DNA of 63,995 nt, filler included, from Octopus bimaculoides (GCF_001194135.2; 7 parts of 5 records of this genome joined end to end with filler, not necessarily neighbours in it), one strand, 5' to 3'; positions 26,310 through 38,055 are shown, numbered from the whole stretch's first letter. Numbers and translations are program-made. The notes: a model not told the origin generated them from the sequence alone.

Positions 26310-26499
26310 TACATTATTTACATTATTTACAATTGACGGATATTTGTCCTCATCTTGTTTGTTGTTAACACAACGTTTCGGCTGATATACCCTCCAGCCT
26401 TCATCGGGTGTCTTGGGGAAATTTCGAACCTGGGTTCTCATTCCTAAGGCATTTTTCAATGTTGTTGTTGTTGGTATTATTATTATTATGTTGTTTTTT
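26310..26499 (-). mobile_element. PLE-type terminal repeat (copy 2) with hammerhead-like motif at 26367-26412
   Basis: Near identity to 10395-10545; the minus strand reads GACAC-CCGATGA-A-GGCTG-GAGGGTATAT-CAGCC-GAAAC-GTT-GTGTT. Confidence 0.7.
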
Positions 26500-26619
26500 N
26501 NNNNNNNNNNNNNNNNNNNNNNNNNNNNNNNNNNNNNNNNNNNTTAATTAATTAANNNNNNNNNNNNNNNNNNNNNNNNNNNNNNNNNNNNNNNNNNNNA
26601 ATAAACACACGCACTGGTT

Positions 26620-29366
26620 CAGTCCTTTATTAATTTATATAGTTTTTGTTAAATTATTTCATTGCACTCTTGCAATCTCTTCAGTAACTTGTCTCTCCAC
26701 TTCCATTTATTTTGAATGTATGATCTGGCGTTGTTTTGGCGTTGTTTCGAAATTGTTCGGTGTGCAAACTCGTATGTGTGCACGCTTATATGTGTGCACG
26801 CACTTATGTGTTCGTGCTTATATGTAAGTATGTGCGTCCATATGTGTGTTTGTAACAATTTCGTTTATATCAGATCAGATAGAGACGTTTAAAAAAAATT
26901 TTTTTTTTAATTTAAATTTATTTATTTACGTTCATATTCCGCATCATATGTGTGAACAACACATGCAACCATGGGCAATTGTAAGGCCCTCATCTACGTG
27001 TATTTGGTGTTCAAAATTGGTTGCGTTTCAGTTATGAGGACCGACTCTTTTATTTGTCGCAACGATGCGTCTAGACAGGATTTCTATGCTAATTCTGTCC
27101 ATATTGTTCTTTGGCATGCTGGTAGAGCACCGAGGTTTGTTTTTGATTATTATAGTCCCTCCAATGTTCGTTTACACGCTCAGCCAAACTTCTTGCCGTT
27201 TCACCTATGTATGTCGTGTTTCTGTTTTTNNNNNNNNNNNNNNNNNNNNNNNNNNNNNNNNNNNNNNNNNNNNNNNNNNNNNNNNNNNNNNNNNNNNNNN
27301 NNNNNNNNNNNNNNNNNNNNNNNNNNNNNNNNNNNNNNNNNNNNNNNNNNNNNNNNNNNNNNNNNNNNNNNNNNNNNNNNNNNNNNNNNNNNNNNNNNNN
27401 NNNNNNNNNNNNNNNNNNNNNNNNNNNNNNNNNNNNNNNNNNNNNNNNNNNNNNNNNNNNNNNNNNNNNNNNNNNNNNNNNNNNNNNNNNNNNNNNNNNN
27501 NNNNNNNNNNNNNNNNNNNNNNNNNNNNNNNNNNNNNNNNNNNNNNNNNNNNNNNNNNNNNNNNNNNNNNNNNNNNNNNNNNNNNNNNNNNNNNNNNNNN
27601 NNNNNNNNNNNNNNNNNNNNNNNNNNNNNNNNNNNNNNNNNNNNNNNNNNNNNNNNNNNNNNNNNNNNNNNNNNNNNNNNNNNNNNNNNNNNNNNNNNNN
27701 NNNNNNNNNNNNNNNNNNNNNNNNNNNNNNNNNNNNNNNNNNNNNNNNNNNNNNNNNNNNNNNNNNNNNNNNNNNNNNNNNNNNNNNNNNNNNNNNNNNN
27801 NNNNNNNNNNNNNNNNNNNNNNNNNNNNNNNNNNNNNNNNNNNNNNNNNNNNNNNNNNNNNNNNNNNNNNNNNNNNNNNNNNNNNNNNNNNNNNNNNNNN
27901 NNNNNNNNNNNNNNNNNNNNNNNNNNNNNNNNNNNNNNNNNNNNNNNNNNNNNNNNNNNNNNNNNNNNNNNNNNNNNNNNNNNNNNNNNNNNNNNNNNNN
28001 NNNNNNNNNNNNNNNNNNNNNNNNNNNNNNNNNNNNNNNNNNNNNNNNNNNNNNNNNNNNNNNNNNNNNNNCCTGCATGTATAGTTTTTCATTGAATTTA
28101 ACTATATGGTTCTGCAAGGTGGTCTTCAGACTTGCACCTACAGCATGTGCAACCATTTTTCGTGTTTGGATATTATCCTCTGGGTCGTGGGTGGGTGTAT
28201 TCCATCCATTCCAACGCGCTGCGGTGGTTTTTCTAGCAGCTGATGTGATCGTAGGTGGTCTACCTCGTCCTGACCTGGTGGGGCAGAATCTAGTTAGGTC
28301 GTGGTGATCTAAGTATTCATTATTATAAACGAGCTTTAGGAGGAGGCCTAGTTCCCTCGTGTTCACTTCACGGAAGGCTACTTCACTTTCCGAAATAATT
28401 TTCACACATCTCTCTACGGCAAAATCAATGTCAATGGATGGATAGAGAGATACTACATCCATACTGCCTATAATACAATCTGTCAGGTCATGGGAGCAGT
28501 TACATTCATTGACTCTGCTGAGGAGGTCCCTAGTGCTTTCACAAACATCAGGAGACATCTCGATGTGTGGTCTTAATATCTGTGAGAGGAAGAATGACAG
28601 CCTATAATTGCTGGCAATATTGGCACCACAAATCGGTCGACATGGGGGGGCCCATGATAAGGTCTGCAATGGATTTATGGTCTTTTCGTAACTCATAGAG
28701 TGTAGGAATGTCGTTGTTGGATGATGCGAAGTTCTGTGCTGTGCGTTTCTTAGGTTGGAGTATGTTACACCACATTCCCATGTGTGCATTGAGAATTTTC
28801 TCTACTTTTTCATATTCTTGCGGTGTAACTTCTCTCATATCTTCTATATGCTTTTGCATCGTATGGGTGTAGTTTTGCAGGCTGTCTACCGATATCCTGC
28901 CTGATTTGTCTGCAGGGAGGCATACTATCTCATTGTTTCTAACTCTATGTTTTCGTTTTCGTATGCCCATTGCAGCTACTGTACCGAGTTAGTGGGTCTC
29001 CGCTTCGTTTTGTGTTGGTGCAGTTGCTATATAACGTGTTAATGTTTTCTTGAGTCTGCTTCTAGCTAAAGAGATCATGGCTTCTGTTTTATCATCTGTG
29101 TAAGGCGAGATGCACACTCTTTTGTTGAAAGGTAAATCCGTTGGATAGATGCGGGTCATATCATAGGATTTGTCAATTGGGTTATAAAAGAGATTTTCTA
29201 AGGTGTTGTTGTTGCCATTGTTGTTATCATTGTATGTGTGGCTGCTGTTGTTGCTGTTGCTGTTGTTATCGTGACGGACGTTGTTGTTGCTGTTGTTCCT
29301 GCTGTGTACGGTGCTGTTCGTGTGGTTGTTGCTATTGCTGTTATCATTGCTGTTGCTGATGGTGGT
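26620..29366 (-). mobile_element. Penelope-like retroelement (RT + C-terminal GIY-YIG), largely colinear, RT core in a gap
   Basis: IVCLPADKSG, PTLYELRKDHK...GPP/CRPICGAN, GSMDVVSLYPSI, NIVKFNEKLYMQ, TYIGETARSLAERVNEH and LRQIKESVLITETQPILNTK motifs. Lesions: TAA at 28989-28991, +1 frameshift in the G7 run at 28644-28650, further frameshifts near 27090. Confidence 0.9.
26648..26688 (-). ncRNA. Candidate minimal type-I hammerhead ribozyme at the 3' end of the PLE
   Basis: Minus strand GTTA-CTGAAGA-G-ATTGCA-AGAG-TGCAAT-GAAA-T-A-ATT-TAAC: 4-bp stem I, intact CUGANGA/GAAA core, perfect 6-bp stem II, vestigial stem III, AUU triplet; an AATAAA follows about 17 nt downstream. Confidence 0.65.
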
Positions 29367-29979
29367 NNNNNNNNNNNNNNNNNNNNNNNNNNNNNNNNNN
29401 NNNNNNNNNNNNNNNNNNNNNNNNNNNNNNNNNNNNNNNNNNNNNNNNNNNNNNNNNNNNNNNNNNNNNNNNNNNNNNNNNNNNNNNNNNNNNNNNNNNN
29501 NNNNNNNNNNNNNNNNNNNNNNNNNNNNNNNNNNNNNNNNNNNNNNNNNNNNNNNNNNNNNNNNNNNNNNNNNNNNNNNNNNNNNNNNNNNNNNNNNNNN
29601 NNNNNNNNNNNNNNNNNNNNNNNNNNNNNNNNNNNNNNNNNNNNNNNNNNNNNNNNNNNNNNNNNNNNNNNNNNNNNNNNNNNNNNNNNNNNNNNNNNNN
29701 NNNNNNNNNNNNNNNNNNNNNNNNNNNNNNNNNNNNNNNNNNNNNNNNNNNNNNNNNNNNNNNNNNNNNNNNNNNNNNNNNNNNNNNNNNNNNNNNNNNN
29801 NNNNNNNNNNNNNNNNNNNNNNNNNNNNNNNNNNNNNNNNNNNNNNNNNNNNNNNNNNNNNNNNNNNNNNNNNNNNNNNNNNNNNNNNNNNNNNNNNATA
29901 TATATATGTATGTTATGGAGTTTCCTGTCGTTAGGCAACGTATGAGGGCTCCGCAAATTCTAGCTGACCAATCAAGCAT

Positions 29980-30190
29980 GTTTGTGTATACATAAGCTCA
30001 CACCCTCCATCAAATCGACATTACGTGTAGAGGTACACAAGTGCACAACACGGTAGATGTCGAAACGATCGCTGAGCAACGTGAAATGAAGTGATTTACT
30101 CTAGAACGCTAGTACCACCTGGTCAGGGAATTGAACCTACGATCGCTAGATCATGAATGTAACACCCTAACCACTAGGCTACGTGCCTTC
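29980..30190 (-). mobile_element. Degenerate tRNA-derived SINE (head B + core)
   Basis: Reverse-complement head GCACGTAGCCTAGTGGTTAGGGTGTTAC...GTAGGTTCAATTCCCTGACC; core GCAACGTGAAATGAAGTG. Confidence 0.7.
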
Positions 30191-30934
30191 GCACACGTGC
30201 GCGCGCGTACGCACATATATCTATAGCCTTATATTGAACCTTTCATGTCCTATTTTTCTTTGGTATAATTCCAAAAGGGTAAAGATTAAGCCTCCTGACC
30301 TCTTTCCTCGCAGTGATAAATGTATGATAGACGACTATAACCTTTTAAACTTTAAGGGATATGATATGAGGGCCTGTAAAAGCGTATGATGAGATTAGGG
30401 TTACTCTTCTACGTAAAATGATATTAAATCGATTTGGGGAATGAAGCTAATTATGAATTTAAAATACTGTAACACAGAAACATAAAGTATTTTATATTCT
30501 GAGTTCGAATTACTTCAAGGACAACTGAGCTTTTGCTCATTCCATTGTCGATACAAACAGTATTTCTCAATACTGGAATCGCTCGGGAGAAGTGTCTAGT
30601 CACTTGCCTTACAAAATTGCTGCTTGGAGCAAGAATAAGAAACAAGCATTATTCGTTGGTTGCTAAAGAATTTTAATCACACAAAGGGTCAGCTAAGCTT
30701 TTCATCTCTCCGATATCGGATAAATACCAGTTATTATTCTTTAGCTCTAAGTCAGTCCTGACCGAGAAGAGTATGAGTGTAGGCTATATTATTCAATGGT
30801 TCATTTCTAAGACGGATGGATAGAGACGTCATCAGAGCTGATGATACTGTGCAATCTACTATGTCTTCATTCTACTTGGATTTAGTCTTCTCATCTACAA
30901 TTAAAAATTTAGTATATTCACGCATAATTCTGAA

Positions 30935-31160
30935 CAACAATGTTCTTTTCTACTCTAGGCACAAGGCCCGAAAATTTGGGGGAGAGGGCTAGTCGATTAG
31001 ATCGACTCCAGTATGCAACTGGTACTTAATTTATCGACCTCGAAAGGATGAAAGGCAAAGTCGACTTCGGCGGAATTTGAACTCAGAACGTAAAGACAGA
31101 CAAAATGCCGCTAAGCATTTCGCTCGGCCTGCTAACGTTCCTGCCAACTCATCGCCGTCT
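30935..31160 (-). mobile_element. SINE with Meta/MESC-like core and a 10-bp TSD
   Basis: Core CCTTTCATCCTTTCGAGGTCGATAAATTAAGTACCAG (reverse complement); TAATTCTGAA flanks both sides (30925-30934 and 31161-31170). The superfamily name comes from remembered core similarity and is unverified. Confidence 0.85.
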
Positions 31161-33095
31161 TAATTCTGAATCATTATTGGTTGATTGCAAGGTGATACTT
31201 AGCTTGGCTACAAGTTAAGTTTTAGTTGACTCGCTACAAATTTAGTTGCAGTTGATTAGTTGAACGGTGATTTTCAGTTGATTTTCTGCAAAGTACATCT
31301 TAGTTGATTGTTTACAAGTCGAGTATTTGATAATTGGTTGCTAACTGAATCGTCACTGATTAGGCACAAGGTGGGTTTTCAACACTAATTAAGTCTCCAT
31401 TTGAACCACTCCTTTCCAGTTATACTTTCTGCTTAACATTCAAAAGGGTTTCGATAGAAGATTTCCATAACAAGACGAATGTACCGAAAAACAGACACTT
31501 CTATAGCTAATCGAAGTAAACTGACTTTCGGAGAAAATGCTTCTTTTTACATATGTCCGACCTAAATTTATTCACATAGTTTTAGCTGAATCAAAGGTAT
31601 TGTTAGAGAAAGTGATTTGTGAAAAGTGCTGGAAAGTCGTGTTATGTTAAATATATTTTTTAAAATATTGTACCCTATAACGCTTATAAGTGCATAGAAA
31701 TGATGCGTAAGCACATACCAAGCTGGGTGGATTCTTTTTATCTTTTGTCGATAGATGACTTTTCAGACAAAGCTGCAATCTCTAGCGCCGTTTGCACTAT
31801 AGTTTTTAGTCCAGTTCTTTGCATTTTTTTATTGTATTGATTATGATAATACTTAGAACGGACTACTGAACCTTTGGCTGGTAGAAACAGCAGTTTAATC
31901 TCGATCAAATTCGTAGATCAATGGTATATTTGTATATATGTGTGTGTATATGTATATATATATATATATATATATAGGGATATGTGTATGTATACGCACG
32001 CATATATTACAAAGAGAAAGGCGACAGTGAACGATGTAGTCCTAACTCTGGCGCAGTTACGCTTACACACAAAAGTAGGTTTGGCCACGGCTGCAACACG
32101 TTATGATTCGACTTGGTTATACCGACCTAGGGTTAAATAACAACAACAATAACAACAACAAGATTAGATGGCGTCTTACTGACCAGTGTTGCCTCACAGA
32201 CCGGGTGACGCCCATACGCATTTAGCATTGCTTTCTTGAATATGATACTGTATTGATAGACGTGGTTCCTCTGGGAGTAAAGTCAGAATCAAAAGACACT
32301 GAGATAGTTTCAGTTACAAAATAAAACGAAGTGACTTGCAGATCCAAGGGGCACTTTTTGATTTCTTTGTTTTTATTTTTCCCTTGTAGATGGGCTGTGA
32401 TATTGCGAATGCTCAACGGTTACACGCTTACACATACGTACATACAAATGCAAAAATACACATACATTTATATACTTATATATAAGTACTAATACATNNN
32501 NNNNNNNNNNNNNNNNNNNNNNNNNNNNNNNNNNNNNNNNNNNNNNNNNNNNNNNNNNNNNNNNNNNNNNNNNNNNNNNNNNNNNNNNNNNNNNNNNNNN
32601 NNNNNNNNNNNNNNNNNNNNNNNNNNNNNNNNNNNNNNNNNNNNNNNNNNNNNNNNNNNNNNNNNNNNNNNNNNNNNNNNNNNNNNNNNNNNNNNNNNNN
32701 NNNNNNNNNNNNNNNNNNNNNNNNNNNNNNNNNNNNNNNNNNNNNNNNNNNNNNNNNNNNNNNNNNNNNNNNNNNNNNNNNNNNNNNNNNNNNNNNNNNN
32801 NNNNNNNNNNNNNNNNNNNNNNNNNNNNNNNNNNNNNNNNNNNNNNNNNNNNNNNNNNNNNNNNNNNNNNNNNNNNNNNNNNNNNNNNNNNNNNNNNNNN
32901 NNNNNNNNNNNNNNNNNNNNNNNNNNNNNNNNNNNNNNNNNNNNNNNNNNNNNNNNNNNNNNNNNNNNNNNNNNNNNNNNNNNNNNNNNNNNNNNNNNNN
33001 NNNNNNNNNNNNNNNNNNNNNNNNNNNNNNNNNNNNNNNNNNNNNNNNNNNNNNNNNNNNNNNNNNNNNNNNNNNNNNNNNNNNNNNNNNNNNNN

Positions 33096-33126
<31 letters not shown>

Positions 33127-33136
33127 CATACATACA

Positions 33137-33168
<32 letters not shown>

Positions 33169-34059
33169 GATGTATGTATGAATGCATGCTTGTGATTTTG
33201 ATATTTTGTGTGTGTTGTGTGAGTAGGTAGGAATTCGGTGTCGGGATCATGTCTGAGTGCATATTTTTGTTTTTCTCGGTTAGTCACTTTTTCCCTTTAT
33301 TTGCGCGCACACAACCACACACACAAAGACAACAACACAGATACACAAATACGTGTTTGAGAGTGCAAACAAAAGAAAAAATTCAATACATGTTAATTCA
33401 GATATCATTGTGCGATGCCACAGAGTCAGAACATTTCTGATGGTATTTTTTCTTTCTACCAATACTTTTTTCCGAAGCTTGTTTCTAATATTAAGTGAAT
33501 TCTCTTTTTTTTTTTTTAAGTTTGAAATGATTTCTTTGAAGAGATAAATGTTTATTGCTCTATGTATAGTCCCATGCTATGACTGGATCTCAGACACCAT
33601 AAGTTAGTGTTACGCTTGTCTTACCAACAGAGAAGCCCTTTTGATCAGTTAATGTAAAGAATTGCGATTTCAACCGTGGATTACTTAAACTTCAATAATG
33701 TTGTAGCGGTTTTAATCTATCTATAGTCGTCACTGATCTAGGTATTCAATGGTCAGCACCATTTTCAGCTGTGATTAATACATTTTCAACCACAGTGTAG
33801 ACATTTACCCTTCACTTCTCAGGCAACATATTTGAGGTAAATATGGGAGGTATTTGCACATGTCAAGCAAAGCATACAGAGACATACTCGTTCATTCATC
33901 AGCCCCAAATTACGTACACACACGCGATACACACACGAACTCACGAGGGTACGCACGCACATACACACACTTTATATACACACACTCCTAAATTTACGTA
34001 GTTGCAATTCGTTATAGTTTTTTCAAATTCGCTAGATTAGAATATAATATTTTCACATT

Positions 34060-34600
34060 ATTTTTATCAAGCTGTAATACTTTTGAGGGATAGAGAAGTT
34101 TTGGGAGGATTTTGAATACACTGTGTATCATGTAGATACTTATTGGCAGAAGGGTGGTTTGAACCAGACAATCTTTCAGTTCCTGTATTTATATTTATTT
34201 TTTCGATGTTGTTGTATACTGTACTTTTGTCAGTAACCTTTAATGTGAAGTGCACTGATGTACTGTTTTGAAATTTCGTTGAATACATCTCCATTAGAAG
34301 ATTCTTAAAATCATGCTCTTAAGAAGGCTCTTGGTTATACATTGTGAGTGGCTGGAGAGTGGAATGTATGCATTAAAATTTGTTATTTTCTATTGATGAG
34401 TTTTCACATAAAGGTTTCGAAGTTTAAAGTGACGTCTAGGAAGTTAACTGCTTTGAAATGTACAACATTAATGGAGACACGGAAGTCATCAAAGAGGCGT
34501 CATTTGTTTCTAAATAAGGTTGTTATGGGTTTAAATTTTCTGAGGAGGACTAATCCATATAATGTTCGTCTAAACCAAAAAGGAGTGCAATGCCAAGATA
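34060..34600 (-). mobile_element. Old PLE RT/thumb remnant
   Basis: VNFLDVTLNFET, NAYIPLSSHSQCITKS and KNLLMEMYSTKF resemble the PLE FLDV.L / YI...S.HP / L...YP..F blocks. Confidence 0.5.
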
Positions 34601-34617
34601 TAAATTCCAGCACGAAC

Positions 34618-34653
<36 letters not shown>

Positions 34654-34735
34654 TATATGTTAAATACCACACACACACACACACACTCTCTCTCTCTCAC
34701 GCACACAAACACACACACACATATATATATAAGCC

Positions 34736-34771
<36 letters not shown>

Positions 34772-35539
34772 TACACATATATACATATGTATGTGTGCGT
34801 GTGTGTGTGCTTGCGCGTGTGCATGCGCGCGTGTGTACATGAAGGCCCAAACTATATACGCCATTTAACCAAATGTAATTGTAGCAACCTTTCCGGCTGC
34901 TTTCTACATAAAAATTGCTTCATTGCACAACGGTAACCAGGAGCGCCAGAGCAACAACAGACTCACATATAGGTTTGACTGCAGACAAAATCAAAATTAG
35001 ATACCATCAACACACGCAGATATTTTGTATCCAAAATAGGAGAAACGATATCTCACTGTCTCTGTCTGTCTACCTGTCTGTCTGCCTTTCGTCCCACTTC
35101 TCTCTCTCTCTCTCTGTTTACACACACGTACACACACGCGAACGAGTATTGCAGTTAGGAAATGTCACACATAATATAAATTTTATAATCTTAACTTTCA
35201 CACAACCATATATATANNNNNNNNNNGGTAGAAAGTATGGTGGGTGATTACACGTGAGTTGAATATATGCGGAATGAAATAAGATGAAAAAATACAGAAG
35301 AATTGTTTTAAAAGACTAAAGAATATATTACGATGATAATAGTAAAAGTATTGTACAAAAGAGTTTTTTATTCCAACAAAATAACCGGTTTCGTTGTTGC
35401 TTTTCAAATTATGAGTTTTGGATGAATTTCTGAATTAGACATTTTGTTTGCTAGGAGGAATATTTGGTAACAAAAGTATTTTACCGTAAAAGGGGAGGTA
35501 AATCATTAATTTTGTATAGTTAGGGTAAATCTTTAATTT

Positions 35540-36190
35540 TCAGTATGGGTTTATATTTAATTCCGGCATATATTTTTCGATAAATGAGGCCTCTTCATTT
35601 AGTCGTACTTGTGTTGAGATCCAAATAGTGAATTGTTATAATGGGAAGATTATGAATTGTGTTTGTAGTTGTTCTGCATATCTGTCAGTGTGCTCACTGT
35701 GATATATTTGGCGATAATGTCAGGTGGATATCTGTTGTCTGTGAGCCGTACATCTCCGTTTGATCGACATTCCTCTCGACCCTATGTAATTTTTATGGTA
35801 GCCGGAGCATCTGATAACATAAATGAGGTTTACAGAGGCGCAAATGAAGTTAGATTTAACTTTGAACTTTTGCTCTTGTCTAAAATGGAATCCTGATCAT
35901 TCCAAAAGATTGGGACATGTTCCGCAGTTAGAACGACCACACTTCTTTTACTCTTGCGTCCGTTATTCTTGAAAATAATTTAACCTGTGTGAGGATCTTC
36001 TTTAATGTCATTGATTGTTTACTGCTTTTAATGATTTATGAGTACGTAGAATTTCCTTTAGTTTGGGGTCCTTATGGAGTATTGGGAGATTTTGGACAAT
36101 GATGTTAAATGCTTCTTTGTTTCTGGGGTGGTATGTGGAAACATAAGGTGGTGTTTTGTGAGTAGGTGCGTTATTGTGTTCCATTTTTCT
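35540..36190 (-). mobile_element. Neptune-type PLE fragment (thumb, Cys linker, GIY-YIG)
   Basis: PPYVSTYHPRNKEAFNIIVQNLPILHKDPKLKEIL, CGRSNCGTCP, NLIYVIRCSGYHKNYIG, RCTAHRQQI and RLNEEASFIEKYMPELN. Confidence 0.8.
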
Positions 36191-36218
36191 TAAGGTTTTT
36201 ATGCCAATCGATTTTGCA

Positions 36219-36326
36219 ACCTTAAGCAAGTGTCTTCTACTATAGCCTCGGACCGACCAAAGCCTTGTAAGTGAATTTGGTAGACGGAAACTGAAAAACG
36301 CTTGTCGGGGATATATATATATACCA

Positions 36327-36358
<32 letters not shown>

Positions 36359-36592
36359 GTATATATGTGTGTGTATGTGTGTCTTTTTGTCTGTGTTTGT
36401 CTCCCCAAACATCGCTTGACAACAGATGTTGGTGTGTTAACGTCCTCGTAACCTAACGTTTCGACAAAAGAGAACGATCGAATAAGTACTGGGGTCACTA
36501 TATTTTGCTAAAAGCTCTTCAAGGCGGTGTTCCAGTGCTCCAGCATGGCTGTAGTCTTCTGACTGAAATAAGAAAAAGATAAAAGGTTTTCC
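36219..36592 (+). mobile_element. SINE lacking its head, with an internal (TA)n/(TG)n
   Basis: GCAAGTGTCTTCTACTATAGCCTCGG...GGTAGACGGAAACTG...CGCTTGACAAC...CCAGCATGGC...TGACTGAAATAAG. Confidence 0.85.
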
Positions 36593-36929
36593 ATTTTGCT
36601 TATTGGTTTGTATACATACCTAATTCATATACGAGTATTATTTGCTTGCTTATAATTATGTTACATAATTAAGTATACTAGCTGGGCCCTTGAAAAGTTC
36701 ACGGAAAATATGAAAAATATATGAATCTGTAAATTGTGTGCTGGTGTCATACGAAATGTTTCTATATTGTGACAGTTACAGAATATAGAAAGTAATGTAG
36801 CACCAATGAGTATATAATCCAGCCAAAATATCTGAGTTACACAAACGTAAACAGAATTACTATTTAACCGTAAAATACATATTCAAAGAACCTTCTTGGT
36901 TTAGTGGTATGGAACGTTCTTCTGCTAAT

Positions 36930-37260
36930 TCTTTTATTCTTTTACTTGTTTCAGTCATTTGACGGTAGCCATGCTGGAGCACCACCCTTTGGTCGAAGAA
37001 ATCGACCCCTGGTCTTAATCCCTGTAAGCCTGGTGCTTATTCTATCAGTCCCTTCTGCCGAACAGCTTAGTTACGAGAACGCAAACACACCAGCATCGGT
37101 TGTCAAACAATGGTGGTGGGGGACAAACACAGACACAAACACACACACACATATATACATACACACACACACATACGCGCGCGCGCACATATATATATGA
37201 TGGGTTTCTTTCAGTTTTCTTCTACCAAATTTACTCACAAGGCAATAGTAGAAGACACTC
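36930..37260 (-). mobile_element. Same SINE family, opposite orientation
   Basis: TTTCAGTCATTTGACGG...CCATGCTGGAGCACC...GGTTGTCAAAC...CTACCAAATTTACTCACAAGGC...TAGTAGAAGACAC. Confidence 0.85.
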
Positions 37261-37734
37261 TTTAAAGTATAGAGTTGAATTTAGTGTAACCAACAGTTGG
37301 CATCTTTTCTCCCCCACCCATTTTGTAGGGGCTCTTTTCACAGCTATACCCCGTTCGAAATTTGCATTAATTTTTAGATGAAAAAAAGGAAGGACATGGG
37401 TTTGTTAGTAGTTTAAAAGTTAAACGTGATTGAAAAAAATGGTATTTCACCACCCTCCACTTAAAGACACGAAGAACTATGAAAGAAGGCGAATAAGTAG
37501 CGGGTGTCGGGGAAAGAAGAGAGAACTAACAGTCGATCGTTCGAGAACTCCCACAATAAAAACGTAATCACCTGGAAGATTTTCCCTTTATTCATTATTA
37601 AATGTCTTTCCATCTTCTTCATTGTTAAAAGTAAAGAAGCTAGAAAAGTTTGCCATTGTAAACGACTGAGGCTTTCCTTTCTCTGTCTCTATCGATCGCT
37701 TCACTCTTTTTCTCTACGGTTAAGAGTGTGAAGA

Positions 37735-38055
37735 AGGTGCGTGGCTCAGTGGTTAGAGATATTCGGCCCACGATCGTAAAGTCAAGAGTACGATTCTCGC
37801 CGGCGCGCTGTGTTCTTGAGCAAGGTACTCTACTTCACCTTGCTGCAGTTCACTCAGCTAGTCAAAATGAGTTGTAGCTGTAATTCAAAGGGGCCAAGCT
37901 TGTCACATTCTGTGTGATGTTGAATCTCCCTGAGAAGTATGTGAAGGGGTATGCGTGTCTGTGGAGTACTCAGCCACTTGCAAGTTAATTTTACAAGCAG
38001 ACTGTTCCATTGATCAGATAAAGAGGAACCTCATCATCGTAACCGACAGAGTGCC
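37735..38055 (+). mobile_element. tRNA-derived SINE (head B + core + GTAATTCAAAGG tail); partial copy at 38345-38480
   Basis: GCGTGGCTCAGTGGTTAG head; core TTGAGCAAGG...CAGTTCACTCAGC; tail shared with 43590-43662. Confidence 0.85.

Noticed and set aside
26965-26996. ATGA-GGGC-loop-GCCC hairpin right after the PLE stop as a SECIS or hammerhead
   Set aside because: The stem is only 4 bp (too short for SECIS helix II) and no GAAA follows.
35370-35425. GAAACCGGTT motif downstream of the 35540-36190 PLE as a hammerhead
   Set aside because: The core would be CTCATAA (two changes) and the stems do not register; too degenerate.
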